64,000 nucleotides of DNA from positions 64,001-128,000 of IMG/VR virus record IMGVR_UViG_3300032229_000533. One strand, given 5' to 3'. Source of the DNA: a virus. Of this stretch, positions 27,919-37,767 are shown piece by piece. How positions within the stretch are numbered: the stretch's first letter is position 1; every line of letters starts with the position of its first letter. Made by a program: the position numbers and the translations under genes. The notes beneath the pieces are model-generated. The model was not told where the DNA came from, searched no databases, and was given only the letters and a program-made list of their open reading frames with translations.

Positions 27919-29072
27919 AAATAGGAATTATCGGAGCAGGTAGATTAGGATTAACTTTTGCTCTATTATGTGAAAAAAATGGATACGATGTTATTGTATC
28001 GGATGTTAGAGAAGATTATGTCTTTAACCTAAACAAAAGAATTTGTAATACAAATGAACCATTAATTCAATCAATGTTATTGGATGCTAAAAATTTTAGT
28101 GCAACCACCAACAATATTGAAATTATTAAAAACTCTGATGTTATTTTTACATTTGTTGCAACACCATCAACATTGGATGGTAATTACGACACTGCAAGAG
28201 TATTTGAAGTTGTTGCTGATTTTTATAGTGCATCATCATTAAACATTCCATTGTATGATAAAAAATTCATTGTTGGTTGTACTACAAATCCTGGTGACGT
28301 AGAACAAGTTCAAACAAGATTAAACATGTTTAACATTCAAGTGGCGTATAACCCAGAATTTATTGCTCAAGGTGAAATTGTAAAAGGTCTTGAACAATCA
28401 GACATTGTTTTAATAGGTACTGAATATACTGAATTGGCAAATGATTTAATTGGAATTTACAATAAAATTCAGACTACTCCAGTGAATGCTTATGTTATGT
28501 CGCCAAAAGCTGCTGAGATAACTAAAATAGGTATCAATTGTTTCTTAACAACAAAAATTAGTTATGCAAACATGATGGGGGAAATAATGATTAAGGCTGG
28601 CATACAAGATGAAATTGATATGGTATTAGGAGCAATTGGGGGAGACTCAAGAGTTGGTAAAAAATATTTGAAATATGGTTTTGGTTTTGGAGGTCCTTGT
28701 CTACCAAGAGATAATAGAGCTTTAGGTCATTTTGCTAATAATCTTGGTATGGAATTAAACTTACCATTAACGGTAGATAACTTTAATAAAGAACACGCAA
28801 ACTTTGTTAAAAACTATTTTATGGAGAAAAACCCTGATAGGTCGGTTCCATTTGTTATGGAATATATCACATATAAAAAAGGTACTGATATATTGGAAGA
28901 ATCACAGCAATTCCAATTGTGTGTTGATTTATTAAATGAAGGTTATACTTTACATGTAATTGAAATTGATGCAATCACAAATAAATTACAACAAATGAGT
29001 GAATCATACAACAACAGATTAAAATTCTTTAGACCAGGAACTAAACCAGAAGGATATAAAATTACATTATAA
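27915..29072 (+). CDS. ugd: UDP-glucose/GDP-mannose dehydrogenase family protein
   Basis: GAGRLG Rossmann motif, FVATP, YNPEF, GFGFGGPCLPRD (catalytic Cys). Confidence 0.9.
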   Translation: MKIGIIGAGRLGLTFALLCEKNGYDVIVSDVREDYVFNLNKRICNTNEPLIQSMLLDAKNFSATTNNIEIIKNSDVIFTFVATPSTLDGNYDTARVFEVVADFYSASSLNIPLYDKKFIVGCTTNPGDVEQVQTRLNMFNIQVAYNPEFIAQGEIVKGLEQSDIVLIGTEYTELANDLIGIYNKIQTTPVNAYVMSPKAAEITKIGINCFLTTKISYANMMGEIMIKAGIQDEIDMVLGAIGGDSRVGKKYLKYGFGFGGPCLPRDNRALGHFANNLGMELNLPLTVDNFNKEHANFVKNYFMEKNPDRSVPFVMEYITYKKGTDILEESQQFQLCVDLLNEGYTLHVIEIDAITNKLQQMSESYNNRLKFFRPGTKPEGYKITL

Positions 29073-29798
29073 ATGATTAAAATAGTTAGTTGTTTTTGGA
29101 ACGCAGAGAAATATATTGAGAATTGTATTAGAACACTTAAAAATCAAAAAAGTATAGATTTTCAAGTGTATTTAATTGATGACATGTCAACAGATAATTC
29201 CGTAAGTGTTGTAAAAGAATTAATTGGTAATGATTCAAGATTTAAATTAATTGTTAACACAGAAAAAAAATTTAAATTAAAAAACTTAGATGACCTAATC
29301 AGTACATTTGATGATGAGGATATTGTGGTGGAATTAGATGGTGACGATTTTTTACTTGGTGATGATGTTATTACCGAAATAAAACAAATGTATAGTAATA
29401 AAAATGTTTGGTTAACAAACGGTTCTTTTATGTATACAAACGGTAATAACGGATTTTCATCAAAGGCTGACTGCAAAAACATAAGAACTTCAGTATTCAC
29501 ATTTTCGCATTTGAGAACGTGGAAATCTTTTCTATGGAAATCAATCCCAAAAGAATATTTTATGGATTTAAATGGTCAATATTTTAAATCCGCATCTGAC
29601 GTTGCGTATTCAATACCTCTTTTAGAATTGTCAGGTGAAGAACACTATAGATTTAATCCAAAAATATTATATGTTTATAATGGAGACTCACCATATAATG
29701 ACCATAAAGAAGGAAGCGCAACAGGTGGTTTATCCGAACAATCTAGAAGTGCTAACATTATACGAAACAAACCAAAATTAAATAAATTAATTAGATAA
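29073..29798 (+). CDS. GT2 glycosyltransferase
   Basis: LIDDMSTD and VELDGDD DxD motif. Confidence 0.9.
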   Translation: MIKIVSCFWNAEKYIENCIRTLKNQKSIDFQVYLIDDMSTDNSVSVVKELIGNDSRFKLIVNTEKKFKLKNLDDLISTFDDEDIVVELDGDDFLLGDDVITEIKQMYSNKNVWLTNGSFMYTNGNNGFSSKADCKNIRTSVFTFSHLRTWKSFLWKSIPKEYFMDLNGQYFKSASDVAYSIPLLELSGEEHYRFNPKILYVYNGDSPYNDHKEGSATGGLSEQSRSANIIRNKPKLNKLIR

Positions 29799-29803
29799 AA
29801 AAT

Positions 29804-30646
29804 ATGAAAGGATTAACTAGTTTAGAAATTTTACATCATCATAATGGTAGGTTTGGAAACCAATTATTTAGAATTGGTACTATCATTGGTGAGTCATTAA
29901 AAAGAAATGTTGAGTATTACATACCGAGTGAATGGGAACACTCTAATAAATTCCCAAATTTAAAAAATGTTATTTCAGTTAATGAAATTAGACCAAAAAT
30001 AACATCTAACCACAGAGAATCAAAATTTGGATATCATAATATACCTGACACTCAAGGAATATTGGAAATTACGGGATATTTTCAATCTTGGAAATTTTTT
30101 GAAGAATTTGAAAATGAAGTTAGAAATTCTTTATCGTTTTCAGACGAGTTAATTGAAAAAGCGGCATCAAGAATGTCTAAAGACACTATTAAACTTTGTC
30201 TCCATGTTAGATGGGGGGACATTTATGATAGAAAAACAAATGGTGGACACAAAGGGGTTGAAAATTTTCATCCTGTAATGACCCTTCAATATTATGAAAA
30301 TGCCCTAAATCTTATATTAAGTGAAACTAAAATTGATGAGATTTTGGTTTTTACCGATAATGTAGACACAAAAGAATTTATTGAAGGCAAATTTGAAAAA
30401 TTTGGTGTTAAAGTTATTTATTTTGACTATAGTGACGATTTTATTAATGACTTTATTTGTCAAAGTCTTTGTGACCATTTTATAATTGCAAATAGTACTT
30501 TTTCATGGTGGGCATCATTTCTAAGTAAAAATGAAAACAAAATTGTTTGTTGTCCAAAAGAAGAAGATTGGTTTGGACCATCTTATCGTAATTTGGATAG
30601 AAGCACTCTATTGCCTTTAAATTGGAAAAGAATATCTCAAAATTAA
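29804..30646 (+). CDS. GT11 alpha-1,2-fucosyltransferase-like
   Basis: GRFGNQLF, GYFQSWKFF, LHVRWGD, CDHFIIANSTFSWWASFL. Confidence 0.92.
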   Translation: MKGLTSLEILHHHNGRFGNQLFRIGTIIGESLKRNVEYYIPSEWEHSNKFPNLKNVISVNEIRPKITSNHRESKFGYHNIPDTQGILEITGYFQSWKFFEEFENEVRNSLSFSDELIEKAASRMSKDTIKLCLHVRWGDIYDRKTNGGHKGVENFHPVMTLQYYENALNLILSETKIDEILVFTDNVDTKEFIEGKFEKFGVKVIYFDYSDDFINDFICQSLCDHFIIANSTFSWWASFLSKNENKIVCCPKEEDWFGPSYRNLDRSTLLPLNWKRISQN

Positions 30647-30647
30647 T

Positions 30648-31379
30648 ATGAATAAAATTTTACTTGAAAACATTGATTTTAAATGTATCAGTTTACTTAA
30701 AAGAACTGATAGAAGAGAATGGGTTGATTCACATTTAAAAACATTTAACATCCCTTTTGAATATTTTGACGCACTGTCATCAAACGATAATCGTACCAAT
30801 ATTAAATTTTTACAAGGTATTAAATCAGGTAATATTGGTTGTACATTATCTCACTATAATTTAATTAAAAATTATGAAGGGGAAAAAATACTCGGTATTT
30901 TTGAAGATGATGTATTACTATGTGAAGATTTTAATGAAAGATTCTCATATATAGAAAATAATTTTAATCTTGATTGGGATATATTTTTCTTATCTTCTTT
31001 CTACCATTTAAATGACGATAAAAATAGATGGAACCAAACAGGTGATTTTGAGTTCACCGATATTAAATACATTCATAGAGTTTATGGGTCATTCTGTACT
31101 CATTCATATTTGGTAAATCCAAAGTCTAAAGATAAAATCATTAAATTAATGGAGGAAAATTTTAATAGGTCTTATGCAATAGACCATCTGTATATTTTAA
31201 TCCAACCTAAACTTAATTGCTTTTCATTTACACCAGGATTAGCAAATCAAATTGTTAGTAGCAGTGACATTGATGGTGTAGTTAAAAACCAAAATTCTTT
31301 TGAACAAACAGTTGGACCACATTATTTTGTAAATAACTTAAAAGATTTTGATTATGACAAATACTTTAAATTAAAATAA
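30648..31379 (+). CDS. GT25 glycosyltransferase
   Basis: ISLLKRTDRR, IGCTLSH, IFEDD, THSYLV, AIDH. Confidence 0.88.
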   Translation: MNKILLENIDFKCISLLKRTDRREWVDSHLKTFNIPFEYFDALSSNDNRTNIKFLQGIKSGNIGCTLSHYNLIKNYEGEKILGIFEDDVLLCEDFNERFSYIENNFNLDWDIFFLSSFYHLNDDKNRWNQTGDFEFTDIKYIHRVYGSFCTHSYLVNPKSKDKIIKLMEENFNRSYAIDHLYILIQPKLNCFSFTPGLANQIVSSSDIDGVVKNQNSFEQTVGPHYFVNNLKDFDYDKYFKLK

Positions 31380-31380
31380 T

Positions 31381-32115
31381 ATGAATAATATTTCAAACCA
31401 AATAAAAAAATACATTTTAAAAGTAGAATCTGCAACCTACATAATTAACAATTATGATTATTTTACATCACAGTATAACCTACCTAGTGATAAAGAAATT
31501 AATCTTCCCGATGACTATAGAGTTTTATTAAATTTAACCAAAAAAGTATCTAAAGATAAGTCAATTATTGATATCGGAGGTAATTGCGGTTTATATTGTA
31601 TACCAGTTGCAAAAGAGGGGTACCAAGTTTTTACATTTGAACCAATTAACATGAATGTAGAGTTATTAAAATTAAATAAAGTTATAAATAATTGTGATAA
31701 TCTTACAATAATACAAAAGGCATTATCAAATAATAACAATAAAAAGAAAATTTTTATACCATATTGTTCTGATAACACATCATTTAATTTGTCTGTTGCA
31801 ATTAGTAATATGAAGATTAAAGATTATGTTGAAGAGGTTGTTAGTTGTCAAACATTTGATAGTTGGATTAATAAAAATAAAGATGTTAATGTTGGATTTA
31901 TAAAAATTGATGTTCAGGGATATGAAAAAGAAGTTTTAGAGGGGATGCAAAAATTTCTTAATAAATGTAATGATGTTTATATATTCATTGAATGGGATGA
32001 AAAACATACCACCCAAGCAGGGTCGTCTTTGGATGAATTAGAAAGATTAATAACTTCAAATGGGTTTACCGCACTTGAACAAATTTTTGGAGATAAATTA
32101 TTTTATAAAAATTAA
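31381..32115 (+). CDS. FkbM-family methyltransferase
   Basis: IDIGGNCGLY, FEP, IKIDVQGYE. Confidence 0.9.
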   Translation: MNNISNQIKKYILKVESATYIINNYDYFTSQYNLPSDKEINLPDDYRVLLNLTKKVSKDKSIIDIGGNCGLYCIPVAKEGYQVFTFEPINMNVELLKLNKVINNCDNLTIIQKALSNNNNKKKIFIPYCSDNTSFNLSVAISNMKIKDYVEEVVSCQTFDSWINKNKDVNVGFIKIDVQGYEKEVLEGMQKFLNKCNDVYIFIEWDEKHTTQAGSSLDELERLITSNGFTALEQIFGDKLFYKN

Positions 32116-32121
32116 GATACA

Positions 32122-32802
32122 ATGGAACATATAACATATAACAAAATATTAATATCTTATCCAATATACCAAATACCTAAAATTATTGAATTACCTCATC
32201 AAAAAAGATGGGAGGACGATAATGGAGATTTTACTAAAATTTTAGATTACCCTATAGACAGTACATCGCAAGTTATTGAGCTAGGTGGATACATTGGAGA
32301 ATGGACTGAAAAAATAGTTAATAAGTTTAACCCAAAACTTTTAATCATTGAACCAATACCAATGTTTGTAAAACAACTAAAAAGTAAATTTAGTGATAAC
32401 CCAAATGTTATTATTGATAATTCTGCAATATCAACTTCAAACAAAAAAATAGAATTACATGTATTAGACTCTAGAACTTCAGAATCAATTAAAGTTTCTA
32501 ATAATAAAATAAAAGTTAAAGCGTATAACATTGAACATTTTATTGAAAAATACAATTTAAATAAAATTGATTTAATACAAGTTAATATAGAATGTGAAGA
32601 ATACCCTTTATTATTACATTGGATTAACACAGATTTTTTGAAAAATGTAAGATTTATTCAAATACAATTTCACACATTTTGTGATAACTACGAGGAAAAT
32701 TATTCTATCATTAGTGAAGGTCTTAAAAATTTAGGATTTGAAATTAGATATAGATATGATTTTGTTTGGGAATCATGGGAAAATAAAAATTTTAATAAAT
32801 AA
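32122..32802 (+). CDS. FkbM-family methyltransferase
   Basis: IELGGYIG, IEP, IDLIQVNIECEEY, QIQFH. Confidence 0.85.
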   Translation: MEHITYNKILISYPIYQIPKIIELPHQKRWEDDNGDFTKILDYPIDSTSQVIELGGYIGEWTEKIVNKFNPKLLIIEPIPMFVKQLKSKFSDNPNVIIDNSAISTSNKKIELHVLDSRTSESIKVSNNKIKVKAYNIEHFIEKYNLNKIDLIQVNIECEEYPLLLHWINTDFLKNVRFIQIQFHTFCDNYEENYSIISEGLKNLGFEIRYRYDFVWESWENKNFNK

Positions 32803-32805
32803 ATT

Positions 32806-33186
32806 ATGATTACAATACCTGTTAGTGTTGGAGAATTAATTGATAAATTATCAATCCTTCACGTAAAAAAAATAAAAATAAATAACACAGAAAAATTAGT
32901 ACACGTTAATAGAGAATTTGAACTATTATATAATTTTTCTTCAGTTTATTTAAACAACGAAGAAATATCAAAATTATACCATGAATTGGTTGATACTAAC
33001 TCAAAACTATGGGAAATTGAAGATATGTTAAGAGTTATTGAAACTGAGAAAAATTTTGATTCAAAATTTATTGAACTTTCAAGAAGTGTGTATCACACGA
33101 ACGATAAAAGATTCAGTTTAAAAAACGAAATAAACGAAAGAACTTCTTCTGAAATTAGAGAAGTCAAAGAATATGTAGAATATTAA
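32806..33186 (+). CDS. DUF6165-like protein
   Basis: IPVSVGELIDKLSIL...LWEIED...VYHTNDKRF..K.EIN pattern common in glycan loci. Confidence 0.75.
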   Translation: MITIPVSVGELIDKLSILHVKKIKINNTEKLVHVNREFELLYNFSSVYLNNEEISKLYHELVDTNSKLWEIEDMLRVIETEKNFDSKFIELSRSVYHTNDKRFSLKNEINERTSSEIREVKEYVEY

Positions 33187-33188
33187 TT

Positions 33189-34268
33189 ATGAAAAAAATA
33201 TTAGTTCTTGGTGGTGGCGGATTTATTGGAGGTCACTTAGCAAAAAAACTAAAAGATGAAGGCAACTGGGTTAGAGTTGTTGATATTAAAAAACACGAAT
33301 ATTTCACTGAAGATGAAATGTGTGATGAGTTCTTAACTTATGATTTACGTGACCCAAGAAATGTGGAAGCGGTCATTAGGTTAGAACAATTTGGAGATGA
33401 ATTTAGAAAAAATAACATATTACCATTTTCATATCTTAAACAACCTTATTCCGAGTTGGTGCCTTTTGATGAAGTTTATCAACTTGCCGCGGATATGGGT
33501 GGAGCTGGATATATTTTTACAGGAGAACACGATGCAGATGTTATGCATAACTCGGCGATGATTAACTTAAATGTCGCTAAAGAATGTGTTAACTATGGTG
33601 TTAAAAAAGTGTTCTACTCATCATCAGCATGTATGTACCCTGAACATAATCAATTAGACCCAACCAACCCAAATTGTGAAGAGTCTTCTGCGTATCCCGC
33701 AAACCCTGACTCAGAATATGGTTGGGAAAAATTGTTCTCTGAAAGACTATTTTTATCATTTCATAGAAACTATGGATTAAATGTTAGAATCGCAAGATTC
33801 CATAACATCTTTGGACCAATGGGAACTTGGAAAGGTGGTAAAGAAAAATCACCTGCAGCAATGTGTAGAAAAGCGGCTGAAGCTAAAGACGGAGATGTTA
33901 TTGAGGTTTGGGGTGATGGAAAACAAACACGTTCATTTCTTTACATTGATGATTGCGTTGAAGCAGTACAAAGATTAATGGATAGTGATTTTATCGGTCC
34001 TGTTAATATTGGTAGTGAAGAGATGGTTACAATTAACCAATTAGCGGGAATAGCAATTGCAATTTCAGATAAAGATTTAAACATTAAAAATATTGATGGT
34101 CAGGATTTTATTGACAAATATGGGTTTAAATGTCCTTTAGGCGTTAAAGGTAGAAACTCAGATAATAGATTATATAAAGAAAAAATAGGTTGGGAGGTAA
34201 ATCAACCATTATCAATCGGTCTTAAAAAGACATATGAGTGGATTAAATCTCAAGTTGAGAAATCATAA
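33189..34268 (+). CDS. GDP-mannose 3,5-epimerase-like NAD-dependent epimerase
   Basis: GGGGFIG, QLAADMGGAGYI, SSSACMYPE, AYPANPDSEYGWEKL, EKSPAAMCRK, WGDGKQTRSF are GME-type signatures. Confidence 0.88.
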   Translation: MKKILVLGGGGFIGGHLAKKLKDEGNWVRVVDIKKHEYFTEDEMCDEFLTYDLRDPRNVEAVIRLEQFGDEFRKNNILPFSYLKQPYSELVPFDEVYQLAADMGGAGYIFTGEHDADVMHNSAMINLNVAKECVNYGVKKVFYSSSACMYPEHNQLDPTNPNCEESSAYPANPDSEYGWEKLFSERLFLSFHRNYGLNVRIARFHNIFGPMGTWKGGKEKSPAAMCRKAAEAKDGDVIEVWGDGKQTRSFLYIDDCVEAVQRLMDSDFIGPVNIGSEEMVTINQLAGIAIAISDKDLNIKNIDGQDFIDKYGFKCPLGVKGRNSDNRLYKEKIGWEVNQPLSIGLKKTYEWIKSQVEKS

Positions 34269-34288
34269 AAAAATTAAAAACAAAATAG

Positions 34289-35038
34289 ATGGCTAACACA
34301 AGACCAAAGAAATCACCAGTACCAACCCCTTCAATGGAAGAGGGTCACAATAAAACAAGAAAAGAAGTAATTTGTTCAATTTTAAAAAAGAAAACTAAAG
34401 AAAAATTTCTAACTCAAACACAAAAAAGATATTACGATACTTTAATTTCAAGTGAAGTAACAATATGTTCAGGACCAGCTGGTGTAGGTAAAAGTTATAT
34501 TACAATGAAGGCTGCAATTGATTTACTCTCAGACCCAAACACACCTTATGAAAAAATTATTATTGTAAGACCTGCAGTAGAGGCTGAAGAAAAATTAGGT
34601 AGTCTACCTGGTAATGTTGAAGAAAAATTAGACCCTTATATTTTTCCGTCATATTATTTGTTAAATAAAATAATTGGTAAAGAAGTAAGAGAAAAATTAA
34701 AAGAACTTGAAATTGTTGAGGTATTTGCGTTGGCCTTTATGAGAGGTATGAACATTGACAATTCAATTTTAATTTTTGAAGAAGGTCAAAATGCAACACC
34801 AAGTCAAATGAAACTTCTATTGACAAGAATTGGTTTTAATAGTAAATTTTTTATATCAGGGGATGTTGAACAATCTGACAGATATAAAAACAAAACTCAT
34901 AGTGGGTTATGGGACGCAATGGAAAAATTCAGAGATGATAAATATATTTCAACTTTTGAGTTTAAAGATAAAAATGATATTGTTAGAAATCCTCTAATTA
35001 GTAAGATATTACAAAAATACGATAACGAAACGGAATGA
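34289..35038 (+). CDS. phoH: PhoH-family ATPase
   Basis: GPAGVGKS, RPAVE, LGSLPG, MRG, GDVEQSD, VRNPL. Confidence 0.95.
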   Translation: MANTRPKKSPVPTPSMEEGHNKTRKEVICSILKKKTKEKFLTQTQKRYYDTLISSEVTICSGPAGVGKSYITMKAAIDLLSDPNTPYEKIIIVRPAVEAEEKLGSLPGNVEEKLDPYIFPSYYLLNKIIGKEVREKLKELEIVEVFALAFMRGMNIDNSILIFEEGQNATPSQMKLLLTRIGFNSKFFISGDVEQSDRYKNKTHSGLWDAMEKFRDDKYISTFEFKDKNDIVRNPLISKILQKYDNETE

Positions 35039-35631
35039 GAATTGCAATAGAATTAAATGGAGTATTACGAGATACATTAAAAAAAATACAACAAGAGTAT
35101 GAAAAATGGTATTTAGAAAACCCATTCAAAGAAGATGAAGAAAAATCTGATTATGAAGTAATTTCTGATTTAACAACTTTAGATATTTTAAAACATCTTA
35201 AGTTTAAAGATGAAGATGAATTGTACAATTTTTTATACAAGGAACACACTATGGAAATTTTTGGTCACGCAGGTTCAGTAGAAACTTCAAGTATGATGGA
35301 CTTTAATGACTTTTATTTAGATATGAGAGACAATCATGATATTCTAATTGTTTCCGATGAAATAGGTAAATCAAAACCAGCTTCATTATTTTTTATATCA
35401 AAATTTGGTTGTCTTGTTGAAACGGTTAAATTTTACAGTGAACCAACAATTATTTCAATGTGGGACTCAATTGACATTTTACTTACTGCGAATCCTAACT
35501 TATTATTAAATCATCCAAACGGAAAAACTGTTATTAAATATGAAACATCATATAATCAAGATATTAAAACTGAATATTCAATAACAAAATTAAAAGAATT
35601 GCAAACAAAAATAAAAGAGATATATGATTAA
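35035..35631 (+). CDS. HAD/NT5C-like protein with degenerate motif I
   Basis: MRIAIELNGVLRD aligns to IAIDxDGVL of 5'(3')-nucleotidases, but with E and N at the Asp positions. Confidence 0.55.
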   Translation: MRIAIELNGVLRDTLKKIQQEYEKWYLENPFKEDEEKSDYEVISDLTTLDILKHLKFKDEDELYNFLYKEHTMEIFGHAGSVETSSMMDFNDFYLDMRDNHDILIVSDEIGKSKPASLFFISKFGCLVETVKFYSEPTIISMWDSIDILLTANPNLLLNHPNGKTVIKYETSYNQDIKTEYSITKLKELQTKIKEIYD

Positions 35632-35905
35632 AGTATTAGGAGAAAACTACTATATTGATTTAGACAAGGTTGAAGAATATTTGGACATGTCTGACCAATA
35701 TCCTGAAGGAGAAAATTCAGGTAGCACAGAAACAAAGATTAACATCATAAAATTTGAAATGGTAAAAATGTTGATGGATACCGTTTTAACTGAACATGAA
35801 GAGATTGATGAACAGTTAGGAATGAAATCAAGTTCAAACACAAGTATACCTTTCAGATTAGCATTTAATAGCTTATTAAATAAAAAACTTATAAATCATT
35901 ATTAA
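35624..35905 (+). CDS. hypothetical protein
   Basis: 93 aa ORF in operon. Confidence 0.6.
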   Translation: MIKVLGENYYIDLDKVEEYLDMSDQYPEGENSGSTETKINIIKFEMVKMLMDTVLTEHEEIDEQLGMKSSSNTSIPFRLAFNSLLNKKLINHY

Positions 35906-35906
35906 T

Positions 35907-36959
35907 ATGGATACATCGTTAAACGAAAAAGTAAAACAATCAATTCAGAATCTAAAAGATAAGAACTCAAGAATTTATTTTCTTATTCAAGATACTAAGG
36001 GTAACGCAAAAGCGTCAGTTAGATTAATTTATCAAATGGCAAAGTCGCTATTGGATGCAGGATTTAATCCTATAATTCTCCATGAGAAAAAAGAATATGC
36101 TGGAGTTGTTGCTTGGCTTGACGAAGAATATATGTCAATTCCTCACAGAGCAATTGAAGGTCAAAACTTAGAGATTGCACCTGAAGATTTTATTGTTGTA
36201 CCTGAAGTATTTGGGTATGTTATGGAACAAATTAAAAACTTACCTTGTGGTAAAATAGTTTTTACTCAAAACTACAATCACATTGTTGAAACTCTACAAC
36301 CTGGTCAAAATTGGGCACAATATGGATTTTTTAAATGTTTAACAACTACTACAAAACAACAAGAATATATTGAAACTGTAATGAGACAATCAAGTTTTGA
36401 TATTATTAAACCTTTAATTACTGACAGTTTTTATCCAAAAAACCTACCTCCAATGCCAATTATTGGTGTTCACACTAAAGACCAATCAGATACGATTAAT
36501 ATAATTAAAACGTTCTATTTGAAATTCCCACAATACAGATGGTTTACATTTAGAGATTTAAGAGGTCTTTCTGAAAAAGAATTTGCAAACTCATTGAGAG
36601 ATTGTTTTGTTAGTGTTTGGATTGACGATGAAAGTGGTTTTGGTACTTTCCCATTAGAATCTATGGCGTCAGGAGTACCTGTTATTGGTAAGGTTCCAAA
36701 TATTCAACCTGAATGGATGAATGACGATAATGGTGTTTGGATTACAAACAAAACACTAATATGTGATTTTATTGCGGATTATATCCAAAATTGGTTGGAA
36801 GATAATATCAAAACTGAACTTTATGAAAACATGAAGAAAACAGTTGAAAACTACACAAATAAACAAGAATTTGACTCTACTGTAATTTCGTTATTTGAAA
36901 ATTACCTAAACGTAAGAGCAGAATCATTTGAACAACAAATATCTAAAACAGAAGAATAA
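35907..36959 (+). CDS. GT-B glycosyltransferase
   Basis: IVVPE, ESGFGTFPLESMASGVPVIG (GT4-type EG.G...LEAMA.G.PVI). Confidence 0.85.
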   Translation: MDTSLNEKVKQSIQNLKDKNSRIYFLIQDTKGNAKASVRLIYQMAKSLLDAGFNPIILHEKKEYAGVVAWLDEEYMSIPHRAIEGQNLEIAPEDFIVVPEVFGYVMEQIKNLPCGKIVFTQNYNHIVETLQPGQNWAQYGFFKCLTTTTKQQEYIETVMRQSSFDIIKPLITDSFYPKNLPPMPIIGVHTKDQSDTINIIKTFYLKFPQYRWFTFRDLRGLSEKEFANSLRDCFVSVWIDDESGFGTFPLESMASGVPVIGKVPNIQPEWMNDDNGVWITNKTLICDFIADYIQNWLEDNIKTELYENMKKTVENYTNKQEFDSTVISLFENYLNVRAESFEQQISKTEE

Positions 36960-36960
36960 T

Positions 36961-37767
36961 ATGAAAGAAAAATTATCACTATCCATTATACTACCTATTA
37001 AATCATCTAAATCTAGAGATTTTAATGAGTACTTTGAAAAAGCAATGAATTCAATTAAAACACAAACTGTTGATATTGAAGAATTAATAATTGTCCACAC
37101 ACCTGAAGAATCATTAGTTGAACATTTAAATGGTTATGATTTTGAATCGTTAAATGTTACAAAATTGTTATGGGATAAAGAACCTAGTTATGCGGAACAA
37201 GTAAATTATGGTATTAAGAACGCTAAAGGTACTTGGGTTTCATTATTTGAATTTGATGATGAGTATGCTTCAATTTGGTTTAAAAATGTTAAAAAATACA
37301 TTGAATCTTTCCCTGAAACTCAAGTATTTTTACCCGTAGTGGTTGAAACTGACGAAAAAGGTTTATTCGCAGGATTTACTAACGAAGCAACATTTGCGGC
37401 AAATTTTAGTCAAGAAATGGGATTCTTAACTAATGAAACTTTACAAGAATATCAAAATTTCCAAACAGCTGGTGCGGTTATTAAAAAACAAATTATTGAA
37501 GATTTTGGAGGATTTAAACCTTCAATCAAATTGACTTTTGTTTATGAGTTTTTATTAAGATTAACTTACAATTCTGTGTCAATTATGACAATACCTAAAC
37601 TTGGGTATAAACATACCAACATGAGAGAAGGTTCTATTTTTTGGAATTATAAATTTGGTGAAAACAAAATGTTAGAAGATGAGGTTAAATTTTGGGTTCA
37701 AACTGCAAAGAAAGAATTTTTCTTTGTTGACGATAGGGTCATAAAATATCAATCAGAAAATGGATAA
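36961..37767 (+). CDS. GT2-like glycosyltransferase
   Basis: Start at MKEK (36961); SIILP, VNYG, LFEFDDE DxD region. Confidence 0.75.
   Translation: MKEKLSLSIILPIKSSKSRDFNEYFEKAMNSIKTQTVDIEELIIVHTPEESLVEHLNGYDFESLNVTKLLWDKEPSYAEQVNYGIKNAKGTWVSLFEFDDEYASIWFKNVKKYIESFPETQVFLPVVVETDEKGLFAGFTNEATFAANFSQEMGFLTNETLQEYQNFQTAGAVIKKQIIEDFGGFKPSIKLTFVYEFLLRLTYNSVSIMTIPKLGYKHTNMREGSIFWNYKFGENKMLEDEVKFWVQTAKKEFFFVDDRVIKYQSENG

Noticed and set aside
718-37767. Bacterial O-antigen/capsule locus (host contig or serotype-conversion cassette)
   Set aside because: The GT genes are interleaved with phage genes and phage motifs, and no Wzx/Wzy/ABC exporter or membrane GT is present. A host-surface role cannot be fully excluded.
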